64,000 bases of DNA, from contig OY969724.1 of assembly GCA_963702205.1 (NCBI GenBank), forward strand, positions 2,592,001-2,656,000, read 5' to 3'. Every line of letters starts with the position of its first letter. The first letter of the stretch is position 1. The DNA is from an uncultured candidate division Zixibacteria bacterium. GTDB taxonomy: Bacteria; Zixibacteria; MSB-5A5; GN15; PGXB01. Both the position numbers and the translations under genes were made by a program. A model generated the notes under the pieces. That model was not told the origin of the DNA, made no database searches, and saw only the letters and a list, made by a program, of their open reading frames with translations. Shown here piece after piece: positions 17,886-28,389 of the stretch.

Positions 17886-18818
17886 ATGGAAGAATATTTA
17901 CGTCTGGATAATATCAGCAAGCACTATGAAGGCAAGGTAGCTGTCGATAATTTGTCGTTGTCGATTCCCAAAGGGTCGATTTACGGCATAATCGGTCCGA
18001 ACGGAGCCGGCAAGACGACCACCATCCGTATGATCATGGACATAATAGCTCCCGATTCGGGGACGATCCATGTCAAAGGCCAACCGGTAACGGCCAAATT
18101 CAAAAACAATGTCGGTTATCTCCCGGAGGAACGCGGTCTTTACAGGAAAATGACGCTGGCCGAGGTGGTCACATATATGGCCGAAATCAAAGGCTGCAGC
18201 AAAAAACAGGTTGATGCCAATATCGATAAATGGCTGAATAAAATGTCCCTGTCGACGTACAAGTTCAAAAAGGTCGAAGAGCTGTCGAAAGGGATGCAGC
18301 AAAAACTCCAGTTCGTCACGACGCTGATTCACGAACCGGAGATGATAATTCTCGACGAGTTATTTTCCGGACTTGACCCGATCAATATCGAGCTTATCAA
18401 AGGCATTCTGCTCGATGAAAAAAGGCGCGAGACCACCATCCTGTTTTCGACGCACGTCATGGAGCAGGCCGAAAAGCTCTGCGATTATATCTGCCTGATA
18501 AATAACGGCCTTAAGGTCCTCGACGGCCGCCTTTCCGAGGTTAAGGCCAAATTCGGGTCGAATTCGATACAGGTCGATATCGAGGGCGACGGAGCCTTTA
18601 TAAAAGACGTCCCCGGCGTGGCGCAAATGATAGAATTCAATAATTATGTCGAATTGAAACTGGCCGATGATGCCGACACCCAGGTTATTCTCAAAGCCAT
18701 ATCGGAGAACGTAAAAATACGGCGGTTTGAACTGATCGAGCCGTCGCTCTACGACATATTCATAGAAGTCGCCAAAACGGACCCACGAGCAAAAGCGACG
18801 GAGGTGACCCATGAATAA
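17886..18818 (+). CDS. ABC transporter ATP-binding protein (NatA/YhaQ-like)
   Basis: GPNGAGKTT, LSKGMQQK, ILDELFSGLD, STH. Start taken as the ATG at 17886. Confidence 0.93.
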   Translation: MEEYLRLDNISKHYEGKVAVDNLSLSIPKGSIYGIIGPNGAGKTTTIRMIMDIIAPDSGTIHVKGQPVTAKFKNNVGYLPEERGLYRKMTLAEVVTYMAEIKGCSKKQVDANIDKWLNKMSLSTYKFKKVEELSKGMQQKLQFVTTLIHEPEMIILDELFSGLDPINIELIKGILLDEKRRETTILFSTHVMEQAEKLCDYICLINNGLKVLDGRLSEVKAKFGSNSIQVDIEGDGAFIKDVPGVAQMIEFNNYVELKLADDADTQVILKAISENVKIRRFELIEPSLYDIFIEVAKTDPRAKATEVTHE

Positions 18819-20109
18819 GATGTGGATTGTCATCAAGCGAGAATACGCTCAGGTGGTCAAGAAGAAATCATTCATTATCGGGATATTGTTGACGCCCCTT
18901 TTCATGGTCGTGGTCACGGTCGTCCCGATGCTCCTGGCGTCCAAGAAATCCGACACGACCGAAAAAATAGCCATTATCGACCTGGACCAGCAGGGGATAG
19001 GCGAAAAGTTCAAAGATGAAATTGCCGATTACAAGCTGGATAATGACAAACCGGCTTACAAAGTCACGGACATTTATAATATTGACCCCTCGGATTCGGC
19101 GGCGTACGCATCGCGCAGAGAAGACCTTGATTCGCTAATAAAAACGGGCGGCTTGAAAAGTTATATAATAATCGGAAATAACATATTACAAAACGATTCC
19201 GCTATTCTCGTGGCCAAATCGTTCGGTTTCAGAACCATAAACCGCTTTGAATACCGGATGAGGAACATTCTGGCCGAAAACAGGCTGGAGAAGATGAATA
19301 TTAACGTCGGCATCGATTCCGTTCTGGAAGCCACGCGAAGTGTCGAATTCAGACAGCAGTCGCCCGGCGGCAAAGAACGCGATTTCATGACCTTGTATCT
19401 CGGCGGGATCATATTCGTCATGATAATCTTCATGACAGCGCTGGGTTATGGGCAAACCCTGATGCGTTCGGTAATCGAAGAAAAGAACTCCCGCATAATG
19501 GAAGTACTGGTTTCCTCGATTTCGCCGTTTCAACTTATGGCCGGAAAGGTGGTGGGGCTCGGCATGGCCTCGCTCACTCAGGTGGCGATATGGTTCGTCA
19601 TAGGATTGGGTTTGTGGGCCTTCCGGGGCAGTCTGAATGTCAGCGCCGATATTGCGGGCATTATTTTTAACCCGGTGTTTATTGTTTACTTCATCGTCTT
19701 TCTGGTCCTGGGCTACCTGTTGTATTCGACCCTGTTTGCTCTGATCGGATCGATCGTAAATTCGGATAAAGAAGCGCAGAATTTCATATTCCCGATTACC
19801 ATGTCACTGATCCTGCCGGTAATCGTTGCCTCGTATATCGTGCAGGAGCCGGATTCTACCATCGCGGTCGTGCTGTCTCTGATACCGATGTTCACGCCGA
19901 CGATGATGATTCTGCGTCTCAATTTCACAGGTGTTGATACATTCAGCTTCGCGAATCCGATGATCGTTCAGGCGACCATCGGTGTAGTCCTGACGCTTTT
20001 GGCGACGATTGCCGTCATCTGGGTAACAGGAAAAATATTCAGGGTCGGAATCCTTATGTACGGAAAACGACCGACATTACCGGAAATTATAAAATGGGTG
20101 AAACATTAG
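18811..20109 (+). CDS. ABC-2 family permease (NatB/YhaP-like)
   Basis: VIKREY, SVIEEKNSRIMEVLVSS, GKVVG, GILMYGKRP. Confidence 0.92.
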   Translation: MNKMWIVIKREYAQVVKKKSFIIGILLTPLFMVVVTVVPMLLASKKSDTTEKIAIIDLDQQGIGEKFKDEIADYKLDNDKPAYKVTDIYNIDPSDSAAYASRREDLDSLIKTGGLKSYIIIGNNILQNDSAILVAKSFGFRTINRFEYRMRNILAENRLEKMNINVGIDSVLEATRSVEFRQQSPGGKERDFMTLYLGGIIFVMIIFMTALGYGQTLMRSVIEEKNSRIMEVLVSSISPFQLMAGKVVGLGMASLTQVAIWFVIGLGLWAFRGSLNVSADIAGIIFNPVFIVYFIVFLVLGYLLYSTLFALIGSIVNSDKEAQNFIFPITMSLILPVIVASYIVQEPDSTIAVVLSLIPMFTPTMMILRLNFTGVDTFSFANPMIVQATIGVVLTLLATIAVIWVTGKIFRVGILMYGKRPTLPEIIKWVKH

Positions 20110-21026
20110 ATAACTACGAAAAGACCGATAAAAAAGGCGTGATTGCGCTGTCCATAATGGGCATAAGCACTCTGTTCATCATGGCTTATTTTCTGGGCCT
20201 GACCGAATCGCAATCCGGCACTTTGTATACGATGGAAGAACAGCAGCAGGCATTTTCTTTCGATCTGCCGGATTCCAACCTCAGCCGCGACCTGCATTTG
20301 AATCTCAAGGCAGCGATTGCAATAGATAATAGGAAGCACGATGTCATTTATTGCTATAACGCCGATCAAATCCGGCCGGTGGCGTCGATTTCGAAGCTCT
20401 TGACGGCCATGATCGTGCTCGATAATTACAATCCCGATACCGTCCTGACAATCACGAAACAGGACGCCCGAAATTCGTCACGGTCGCTGTTCCGGACGGG
20501 GGACAGGGTCCGGGCCAAAGATCTTCTTCACGCCGCGATGCTTCAGTCCGACAACCGGGCGGCCCGGGCGCTGGCACGGCACGTGGCGGGGAGTTATGAG
20601 GATTTCGCGCGCAATATGAATAACGTCGCCAAAGCCTGCGGTCTGGAAAATACCGTGATGTTCGAGCCGACCGGGCTCGACGAGCGCAACTGCTCGACCG
20701 CCGCCGACGTGGCAAAACTGCTCAATATCGCCTATCACAAATATCCCGAACTGGCACACATCACAAGTCTCAAGAAATATACTTTCAGCCTGATCAATCG
20801 CAAAAAAAGGATTCAGCTGGTTAATACCAACCGTATGGTTTTTTCAAAATATAAGGTCAAAGCCGGAAAGACGGGATATATCATAGAATCAGATTATTGC
20901 CTGGCCACGATCCTGCAGAATTCAAAGGGTGAAGAGGTCACAGTGGTCGTCCTTGGAGCACCGGGAAATAATACTCGTTTCCGCGAGGCCCGACGACTCG
21001 CCAATTACGCCTTCAGCAGGATTTAA
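20094..21026 (+). CDS. Peptidase S11 D-Ala-D-Ala endo/carboxypeptidase (PbpG-like)
   Basis: ASISKL (SxxK), SDN, EPTGL, KTG. Start uncertain. Confidence 0.9.
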   Translation: MGETLDNYEKTDKKGVIALSIMGISTLFIMAYFLGLTESQSGTLYTMEEQQQAFSFDLPDSNLSRDLHLNLKAAIAIDNRKHDVIYCYNADQIRPVASISKLLTAMIVLDNYNPDTVLTITKQDARNSSRSLFRTGDRVRAKDLLHAAMLQSDNRAARALARHVAGSYEDFARNMNNVAKACGLENTVMFEPTGLDERNCSTAADVAKLLNIAYHKYPELAHITSLKKYTFSLINRKKRIQLVNTNRMVFSKYKVKAGKTGYIIESDYCLATILQNSKGEEVTVVVLGAPGNNTRFREARRLANYAFSRI

Positions 21027-21062
21027 ATTCTCAGCCTTTGAAACGAGAAAACCCACAGCAAT

Positions 21063-21233
21063 GGGCCTGTTGAAAAAGCCTGTTCGGTCAGGTCCTGCGT
21101 CCCGATTTATCGGGGCGTGTGACCTGACCGCATTGTAAGTCATTGAAGCTAAAGAGGCCGTCAGGTATCAATCCCGACTTCGTCGGGATCAGCACCTGAC
21201 GGAACATATTGGCGCCGCTTTTTCAACAAACCC
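21063..21233. mobile_element. 171-bp MITE-like element 1
   Basis: TIRs GGGCCTGTTGAAAAAGC / GCTTTTTCAACAAACCC (15/17 complementary). Two internal long hairpins at 21085-21130 and 21158-21202. Flanked by CAAT and CAAG. Confidence 0.7.
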
Positions 21234-21237
21234 CAAG

Positions 21238-21390
21238 GAGGCTGTCCCAAAAGTGTTCCGTCGGGTCCTGATTTCAACGCAGTCGAAATTGTCACCCGAC
21301 GGAAACCGTTGAAAGACCGCAGGGTCACATCCCGACTTCGTCGGGACATGACCCCGCGGAACTTAAAAGGCGTACTTTTGGGACAGCCTC
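21238..21390. mobile_element. 153-bp MITE-like element 2
   Basis: Perfect 17-bp TIRs GAGGCTGTCCCAAAAGT / ACTTTTGGGACAGCCTC, CAAG direct repeats on both sides, internal hairpins at 21256-21304 and 21317-21359. Confidence 0.8.
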
Positions 21391-21546
21391 CAAGCTGTGG
21401 GCGACACTGTCAGGCCGGATTAAATAATGAAACGCAGCCTTAAAAATCCAGACTTTAATGAAGATTGAAATTGCATCGTTCTATATAATTTTTGGGATGG
21501 CCTATTTTTGAAAAGATGGTGTCACTAAAGATATATTATGTTAACA

Positions 21547-21602
21547 TACGCCTTCTTTTAATAGCTACCGGTAATCAATACTTTTAAAAATAAGAAGGCG
21601 TA
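21547..21602. repeat. 11-bp inverted repeat just downstream of leuS
   Basis: TACGCCTTCTT, 34 nt, AAGAAGGCGTA. Confidence 0.45.
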
Positions 21603-21612
21603 GCCTGGCCTG

Positions 21613-24123
21613 CTATTTGACCACCAGATTGACCAGTCGACCGGGCACATAGATCTTCTTGACTATATCCTTGCCGTCCAGATATGGCTTGACTCGGTCG
21701 TTTTCGACAGCGGCTTTTATAATCACGTCTTTATCTGAATCGCGCGCAATGTCGATTTCACCGCGCAGCTTACCGTTAACCTGAACCGCAATTTTAATCG
21801 AGTCAAACTCGACGGCTTTTGGGTCGTATTCCGGCCAGGACGCTTTAAATACGGAATCCTTTTGACCGCACAGCCGCCACATTTCTTCGGCCATATGTGG
21901 TGCCATCGGCGCAATCATGATTATCGCTTTCAATATTATATTATTGTTCAGATGCTTGCCTGCGATTTTGTCAGCATCAAAATCCCGCACCAGCTCCATG
22001 AGCGCCGACAGAGCCGTATTGAACTGCAGACGATCATAATCTTCACCAACCCGTTTAATTGTCTGATTTAACCTTATATACAGCTTGCGGTCGAAGTCGC
22101 TCAAATCATCCACGTTAAAGTGATACTTTAAGTTAGTCGCCGTATCGGGATTAAAGTCATCCACCAGCGGATAGAATTTATTATACAGGAACTTCTCCGG
22201 CCCGATTAAAACCTCGTTGGTCCAGAGAACCTCTTTTTCGGTCGGGGCCGTGAAAAACATCCCCAGCCGGGAGACGTCAACACCCCGCTGTTCCATAAGT
22301 GTGATCGGGGAGACCACGTTGCCTTTGGACTTGGACATTACCTCGCCTTGGCCGTCGAGAACCATGCCGTGGTTGAATAGCGTCCTGGCGGGCTCATCGT
22401 CGTTGACCCAGCCAATATCTTTCAGGAATTTCTGGAAGAACCGGAAATATATCAAATGCCCCGTGGCGTGCGTAATGCCGCCTATATAAAGGTCGATCGG
22501 CATCCACCCGGCCGCTTTTTCTTTGGAAAATACCTCGGAGTCATTGTGCGCATCGATATAGCGCAGGTAATACCACGACGAGCAAACGAAGGTGTCCATT
22601 GTATCCGGATCGCGCTCGGCCTCTCCCCCACAGCTCGGGCATTTTACGTGCATGAATTCGGGCACATCGGCCAGCGGTGAGCGTCCTTTGGGTAGGAAGT
22701 TCCTGGTGTCGGGCAAAAGCACCGGCAGATCGTCTTCCGGGACCGCGACCGGTCCGCATTTCTTGCAGTGTATGATCGGTATCGGGCAACCCCAGTAGCG
22801 CTGGCGCGAAATCGACCAGTCGCGAAGCTTGTAATTGATCTTACCGCATCCGAAGCCCTGCTGCTCGGCGTATTCCGTGACCTTCTTTATGGCATCCTGA
22901 CCGACCAGTCCGTCGAACCGGCCCGAGTTGACCATAACGCCGTAATCGGTGAACGCATCGTCCATCTCGTCCAGATTCATGCTGGTGGTTTTGTCCGGAT
23001 GAATAACAATTCTGATCGGTATATCATACTTTTTCGCGAACAGAAAATCGCGGCTGTCGTGGGCCGGGACCGCCATCACGGCGCCGGTGCCATAACCGGC
23101 CAGAACGTAATCGGCCACCCACAGCTGGACTTCTTCGCCGTTGTACGGATTTATGGCGTACTTGCCCGTGAAAACACCGTCTTTGTCGCCCTGTGCGGCC
23201 CGGTCGATTTCCGAACGCATCTGGACGGTCCGGCGGTATTCTTCAACCTTTGCTTTAAATTCGCTCTCTAAATTAAGCCTGCCGACCAAAGGCGATTCCG
23301 GGGCGATGGCCATGAAAGTAACGCCATATATAGTATCCGGACGGGTCGTGAAAATCGGCAGCTTCTCCCCGGTTTCCTTTATAGTGAAATCTATTTCGGC
23401 CCCGTGGGAGCGACCAATCCATTCTTTCTGCATCGTTTTGACGTTATCCGGCCAATCGGGCAGGGTGTCGAGGTCATCGATCAGGCGGTCGGCGTAATCG
23501 GTAATTTTGAAATACCAGCCAACCAGCTCTTTCTTTTCGACCGGCGTGCCGCACCGCTCGCATCTGCCGTCCACGACCTGTTCGTTGGCCAGCACGGTTT
23601 TATCTTCGGGGCACCAGTTGATCAGCCCGGTTTTTTGGTAGGCCAGGCCCTTTTTGAAAAGCTGGATAAAAATCCACTGGGTCCATTTATAATAATCCGG
23701 ATTGCACGAAATCACTTCGCGTGACCAGTCAAAGGAGATACCGACCTTTTTTAAAGTACTGCGTGAGACCTCGATGTTTTTCCGGGTCCATTCAGCCGGA
23801 TGGAGATTTCTCTGAATCGCCGCTCTTTCGGCGGGCAAACCGAACGCATCCCAGCCGAACGGATGAAGCACGTCGTAGCCCTGGAGCATCTTGTAACGGG
23901 CGACGGCATCGCCGACGATATAATTCCGGAAATGTCCCATGTGAATGTCACCCGAGGGGTACGCGAACATGACGAGCATATAGAATTTCTTTTCGCCGGG
24001 CTGGTCGGGCGCCCGGAACAGCTTCTGATCTTCCCAGTATTTTTGCCATCTCGGCTCGATGGTTTTAAAATCGTAATATTTTTCTTTCGATGTCTTTTCC
24101 GTCATGGCTTTATCCATCCGCAT
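21613..24123 (-). CDS. leuS: Leucine--tRNA ligase (start may be 24105)
   Basis: FAYPSGDIHMGH, GWDAFGLPAE, RDWSISRQRYWG, VMSKS, QVNGKLR. Confidence 0.98.
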   Translation of the reverse strand: MRMDKAMTEKTSKEKYYDFKTIEPRWQKYWEDQKLFRAPDQPGEKKFYMLVMFAYPSGDIHMGHFRNYIVGDAVARYKMLQGYDVLHPFGWDAFGLPAERAAIQRNLHPAEWTRKNIEVSRSTLKKVGISFDWSREVISCNPDYYKWTQWIFIQLFKKGLAYQKTGLINWCPEDKTVLANEQVVDGRCERCGTPVEKKELVGWYFKITDYADRLIDDLDTLPDWPDNVKTMQKEWIGRSHGAEIDFTIKETGEKLPIFTTRPDTIYGVTFMAIAPESPLVGRLNLESEFKAKVEEYRRTVQMRSEIDRAAQGDKDGVFTGKYAINPYNGEEVQLWVADYVLAGYGTGAVMAVPAHDSRDFLFAKKYDIPIRIVIHPDKTTSMNLDEMDDAFTDYGVMVNSGRFDGLVGQDAIKKVTEYAEQQGFGCGKINYKLRDWSISRQRYWGCPIPIIHCKKCGPVAVPEDDLPVLLPDTRNFLPKGRSPLADVPEFMHVKCPSCGGEAERDPDTMDTFVCSSWYYLRYIDAHNDSEVFSKEKAAGWMPIDLYIGGITHATGHLIYFRFFQKFLKDIGWVNDDEPARTLFNHGMVLDGQGEVMSKSKGNVVSPITLMEQRGVDVSRLGMFFTAPTEKEVLWTNEVLIGPEKFLYNKFYPLVDDFNPDTATNLKYHFNVDDLSDFDRKLYIRLNQTIKRVGEDYDRLQFNTALSALMELVRDFDADKIAGKHLNNNIILKAIIMIAPMAPHMAEEMWRLCGQKDSVFKASWPEYDPKAVEFDSIKIAVQVNGKLRGEIDIARDSDKDVIIKAAVENDRVKPYLDGKDIVKKIYVPGRLVNLVVK

Positions 24124-24197
24124 TGTGATTTAAAAAGACTGAATTTAGGGCTATTCAATCCATATATCAAGAGTTTTCGGATAAACGTGTCGGCAGA

Positions 24198-24971
24198 TTA
24201 ATCGCGGGCCGGGAGATTTTTCCCGCGAAGTCGATTGAGCAGGATGGTCCCGCCCGAGTAGGAATTGATAATGTTCTCTTTGAACCGCTCAAGCGCCGCA
24301 CTGGCCCCTCCCCCGGTCTTTTTAAGCACCGTATAAGGGCTGTCCCAGGCATAGACGGCCGACCGTCGCACCGAAAACCCGTTGCCGTCGGAAGGTATTT
24401 GAGCCAATGAAAAACCGCGCTCATAGCCGACTTCCAAAGCTGCCGCTTCGACTTTTTCGTTAACTCGTCCGAAAGGATAGCTCATATATTTTATTGGTCT
24501 GCCAGTTATATCCTCGAGTATCCTTTTGGATTTTTCCAGTTCAAGTCGCAGGAATCGGTCGGACAGCGTCGTCAGTGCTAAATGTGAGTGCCCGTGGGAG
24601 CCGATTTCGACGCCTTCGCCAGATAAGCGGCGTATATCAGTGGCGGACAAATGCTCGCGCGGAGTCAGAAACGATGAATAATCCCAGCTGTTTTTGCGGC
24701 CAATCATTCCACTGGAGATAAAAACGGTCGCCGGTATCGAGTATTCTTTTAATATGGGAATAGCGTTTTCAAGAAACGACTTATAGCCGTCATCGAAAGT
24801 GAAGGACAAGCTTGATTGTTTATTGGGCGATGCAAGGATTTCTAAAAGCGCACAGAATTTATAATCTTCAACTTTAAGATATTTGCACAACCGCTTTAAT
24901 TTATTTGGCTTATAATTGTTAATTCCGATTGAAAAACGATCGTCGGTATTATGAAAGGCGAGAATCGCCAT
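24198..24971 (-). CDS. Polysaccharide deacetylase family protein
   Basis: ILAFH, TFDDGY, EIGSHGHSH, SYPFG. Confidence 0.9.
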   Translation of the reverse strand: MAILAFHNTDDRFSIGINNYKPNKLKRLCKYLKVEDYKFCALLEILASPNKQSSLSFTFDDGYKSFLENAIPILKEYSIPATVFISSGMIGRKNSWDYSSFLTPREHLSATDIRRLSGEGVEIGSHGHSHLALTTLSDRFLRLELEKSKRILEDITGRPIKYMSYPFGRVNEKVEAAALEVGYERGFSLAQIPSDGNGFSVRRSAVYAWDSPYTVLKKTGGGASAALERFKENIINSYSGGTILLNRLRGKNLPARD

Positions 24972-24986
24972 GGGGGTAACCCGAAG

Positions 24987-26261
24987 TCAGGACCACTTAA
25001 TGGATGAAAGGTCGGAGTTTTTTATCGGACCGAGCGAAGTCACCGTCAGCTTTTTCGAGTCAATGATCCTGTTGGCTATCTCTATGATGTCAGAAGCATT
25101 GGTCTTTTCTATCGCCCGAATCGTGTCTTTCATCGACATATAACTGCCGGTCAGGGATTCGAATCGGCCGAGACGGTTCATTCGTCCCGAGGTCGATTCC
25201 ATACCCAAAAGAAGATTGCCTTTTATCTGTGCTTTGATTGTATCGAGCTGACCGTTGGACAGCTTCCGCCTTTTGATTCTTTTCAGTTCATCCATGACGA
25301 TATGCATCGCCTGCTGGACGCGGCTTTTTTCGGTGGCGAGATAGATCCCGAAGACCCCGTTGTCGCGGTAGAAATCGGTAAAGGAAAAGACGGTATAGGC
25401 CAGACCTTTGTCCTCGCGGATTTTCTGGAACAGGACCGATGACATCCCGCCCCCGAGATAGGTATTGAGACACAAGAGGGCGAAACGATCATCGTGGCCG
25501 AAATGCAGCCCCGGAAAACCGAGACACAGATGGGTCTGACTGGAACCGTTCCGGAAGCATTTGACCGCGAAATCATCGGGAGAGACGCTCCCGTTGGCAG
25601 CAGCCGGTTCTCCACCGCCGACCATGAATTTCTCTTTCACCATTTCCAGCAGTTTTCGATGTGAGACATTGCCGGCGGCCGAAATGACGATCTTTCCCCC
25701 CGTATAGTGCGACTTCATATATGACTTAATCAGCTTGCGGTCGATCGCAGCGATGCTCTGATATGATCCAAGGATTGGCTGTCCGAGAGCCTGCTCCCTC
25801 CAAAAAACACGAGAAAACAAGTCATGGATATGATCGGATGGGGTGTCTTCGATTTCCGTTATTTCTTCGGCCACGACCTGCTTTTCGCGCTCGATATTGA
25901 TCCTGCTGAAAGTGGAATTGATCAGGATATCCGAGAGTACGTCGATAGCGACACCTAAGTGTTCATCGAGCACCAGCGCATGAAAACAGGTTTGTTCGCG
26001 TGATGTGAAAGCATTTATCGAACCGCCCAAAGATTCTATTGAGGAAGCTATCTTTTTGGCGCTGCGGTGATGCGTTCCTTTGAACAGCATGTGTTCAATG
26101 AAATGAGTCAGGCCGCGTTCCCGGTCGTTTTCGTCGCGGGAACCCACGTTGACCCAAACCCCGACCGCAACCGATTTCACGGCCGGGACTTGTTCGGTAA
26201 CAAGACGGAGCCCGCCGGGCAGGACCGTCTTTTTGTATTTCACTCCGGGCAGCGTCGCCAT
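24987..26261 (-). CDS. M16 (pitrilysin) family peptidase
   Basis: HFIEHMLFKGT (HxxEH), NAFTSREQT, GGGMSS.LFQKIRE. Confidence 0.95.
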   Translation of the reverse strand: MATLPGVKYKKTVLPGGLRLVTEQVPAVKSVAVGVWVNVGSRDENDRERGLTHFIEHMLFKGTHHRSAKKIASSIESLGGSINAFTSREQTCFHALVLDEHLGVAIDVLSDILINSTFSRINIEREKQVVAEEITEIEDTPSDHIHDLFSRVFWREQALGQPILGSYQSIAAIDRKLIKSYMKSHYTGGKIVISAAGNVSHRKLLEMVKEKFMVGGGEPAAANGSVSPDDFAVKCFRNGSSQTHLCLGFPGLHFGHDDRFALLCLNTYLGGGMSSVLFQKIREDKGLAYTVFSFTDFYRDNGVFGIYLATEKSRVQQAMHIVMDELKRIKRRKLSNGQLDTIKAQIKGNLLLGMESTSGRMNRLGRFESLTGSYMSMKDTIRAIEKTNASDIIEIANRIIDSKKLTVTSLGPIKNSDLSSIKWS

Positions 26262-26279
26262 ATTCAGACACCAATCATA

Positions 26280-28376
26280 TTATTGTTGGTGGTGCTCCGG
26301 ACGCGGCAGCAGCGCGCGACGCGACAGCCGTATTTTGCCTTCCGGATCGATATTGATTACCTTGACGCGGACATGATCGCCGACGTTCAGATAATCCTCG
26401 ACCCGATTAACCCGAGCGTGATCGATCTCGGAAATATGAATCAACCCGTCGGTGTTCGGCAATATTTCGACGAAAGCACCGAAATTGGTTATGCGACGGA
26501 CGGTACCTTCGTATTCCCTGCCAATTTCGGCTTCTTCGGTCAGTTTTTCGATCATCTCTTTCGCTTTGGCTCCGGCTTCGCCGTCGACGCTGGCGATAAG
26601 CACGGTGCCATCGTCGCTGATGTCGATCTTGGCGCCGGTAGCTTCGATGATACTACGGATCATCTTGCCGCCGGGGCCGATCACCTCACCGATCTTCTCG
26701 ACCTTGATCTTGATCGTGATAATACGAGGAGCGTAGGCCGACAGGTCTGCCCGGCTCTTGTCGATCACGGCGTTCATTTTGTCCAGAATAAACAACCGCG
26801 CCTTGCGGGCATTTTCCAGTGCGTGGCTCATGATTTCGAGCGTCAGCCCCGATATCTTTATATCGAGTTGAAACGCCGTGATACCCTGGGCCGTCCCGGT
26901 GACTTTGAAGTCCATATCACCGGAATGGTCTTCATCGCCGAGAATATCGGTCAGAATAAAGACGTTGTCTTTTTCAAGTATCAAGCCCATGGCCACACCG
27001 GCAACGGCGTCTTTGATCGGAACGCCGCCGTCCATCAGGGCCAGCGAACCGCCGCACACCGAGGCCATCGACGACGACCCGTTGGATTCCAGGATTTCCG
27101 AAACCAGTCTGATCGTGTACGGGAAATGCCCTTCGACCGGAATAATCGGCTGCAGGGCTCGTTCGGCCAGAGCCCCGTGGCCGACTTCGCGGCGACCGAC
27201 ACCGCGTATGGGTCGAACCTCACCGACCGAAAACGACGGAAAGTTATAGTGCAGCATGTAGCTCTTGGTGGATTCACCTTCGAGATCGTCGATGCGCTGC
27301 TCGTCGATTTTGGTGCCGAGCGTAAGAGCCACCAGCGCCTGAGTCTGGCCGCGTGTGAACAAAGCCGAACCGTGCGTTCTCGGCAGAATACCCACTTCGC
27401 AGGTTATCTCGCGGATTTCATCGAGACCGCGACCGTCGATACGCTTTTGTTCTTCGATAATCATGCGCCGCATGGTGACGGCATCGACGTCGTGGAGCAC
27501 CGAACCGATCTGGTTTTCCATTTCCGGATATTCTTCGGCCAGGGCCGTCTGGACTTCTTCTTCCAGCTGGCGCCTTTTGGCTTTGCGTTCGTCTTTGTCG
27601 GCGATGTGATTGCATTCGGCAAAGCGCGCTTCGGACATTTCCGTAACCTTGGCTTTGAGAGTCGGGTCAATTTCAAAAGGTACGAATTCGGCTTTGGGCT
27701 TTCCGCATGTGCCGTGCAGTTCGTCTATTTTTTCGCAGATCATCTTGATGTGTTCGTGCCCGAAAGCGAGCGCCTCGACCATATCCGCTTCGGACACTTC
27801 ACGGCCGCCGCCCTCGACCATCGTGATCGAATCCATGCCACCGGCGACGGTAATATTTATGTCCGAGTTTTCCAGCTCCTGGAACGACGGAAATACTATT
27901 AACTGACCGTCGATTCTCCCGACCCGTACACCGGCGATAGTCCTGGTGAAGGGGATGTCGGAGAGTACTAATGAAGCCGACGTGCCTATCAGCCCGAGGA
28001 CGTCGGCATCATTGACCAGATCGGCCGACAGAACGATGTTATGGCACTGTACCTCGTTAAAGTAGCCGTTCGGGAATAACGGCCGAATGGGCCGGTCAAT
28101 AATGCGGCAGGACAGAATTTCTTTTTCCGAAGGCCGACCTTCGCGTTTGAAAAAACCGCCCGGGATTTTGCCCGCGGCATAGGTTTTCTCGCGATAATCG
28201 ACCGTCAGAGGAAAAAAGTCCCGACCTTCGACCGGTTTTTCCGTGGCGACCACGGCTGAAAGAATAATTGTATCGCCTAAACGCACCGTCACCGAACCGT
28301 TAGCCTGTTTCGCCACCTTGCCGGTTTCAATCGTAAGCAGTTTACCACCAATTTCCAGTTCTACGTTGTGTATCAT
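26280..28376 (-). CDS. pnp: Polyribonucleotide nucleotidyltransferase
   Basis: FFPLTVDY, KIPGGFFKREG, HGSALFTRGQTQ, SNGSSSMAS, GDMDFKV, KH and S1 domains. Confidence 0.99.
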   Translation of the reverse strand: MIHNVELEIGGKLLTIETGKVAKQANGSVTVRLGDTIILSAVVATEKPVEGRDFFPLTVDYREKTYAAGKIPGGFFKREGRPSEKEILSCRIIDRPIRPLFPNGYFNEVQCHNIVLSADLVNDADVLGLIGTSASLVLSDIPFTRTIAGVRVGRIDGQLIVFPSFQELENSDINITVAGGMDSITMVEGGGREVSEADMVEALAFGHEHIKMICEKIDELHGTCGKPKAEFVPFEIDPTLKAKVTEMSEARFAECNHIADKDERKAKRRQLEEEVQTALAEEYPEMENQIGSVLHDVDAVTMRRMIIEEQKRIDGRGLDEIREITCEVGILPRTHGSALFTRGQTQALVALTLGTKIDEQRIDDLEGESTKSYMLHYNFPSFSVGEVRPIRGVGRREVGHGALAERALQPIIPVEGHFPYTIRLVSEILESNGSSSMASVCGGSLALMDGGVPIKDAVAGVAMGLILEKDNVFILTDILGDEDHSGDMDFKVTGTAQGITAFQLDIKISGLTLEIMSHALENARKARLFILDKMNAVIDKSRADLSAYAPRIITIKIKVEKIGEVIGPGGKMIRSIIEATGAKIDISDDGTVLIASVDGEAGAKAKEMIEKLTEEAEIGREYEGTVRRITNFGAFVEILPNTDGLIHISEIDHARVNRVEDYLNVGDHVRVKVINIDPEGKIRLSRRALLPRPEHHQQ

Positions 28377-28389
28377 CCAGTCCCCCGCC

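Noticed and set aside
20929..21349. Short ORFs over the repeat region, and a possible CRISPR reading
   Set aside because: The region is explained by TIR-bounded hairpin elements. There are no regularly spaced direct repeats with unique spacers and no cas genes.
26067..27902. 611-aa + strand ORF
   Set aside because: Antisense shadow of pnp, explained by codon bias on the opposite strand. No recognisable motifs.
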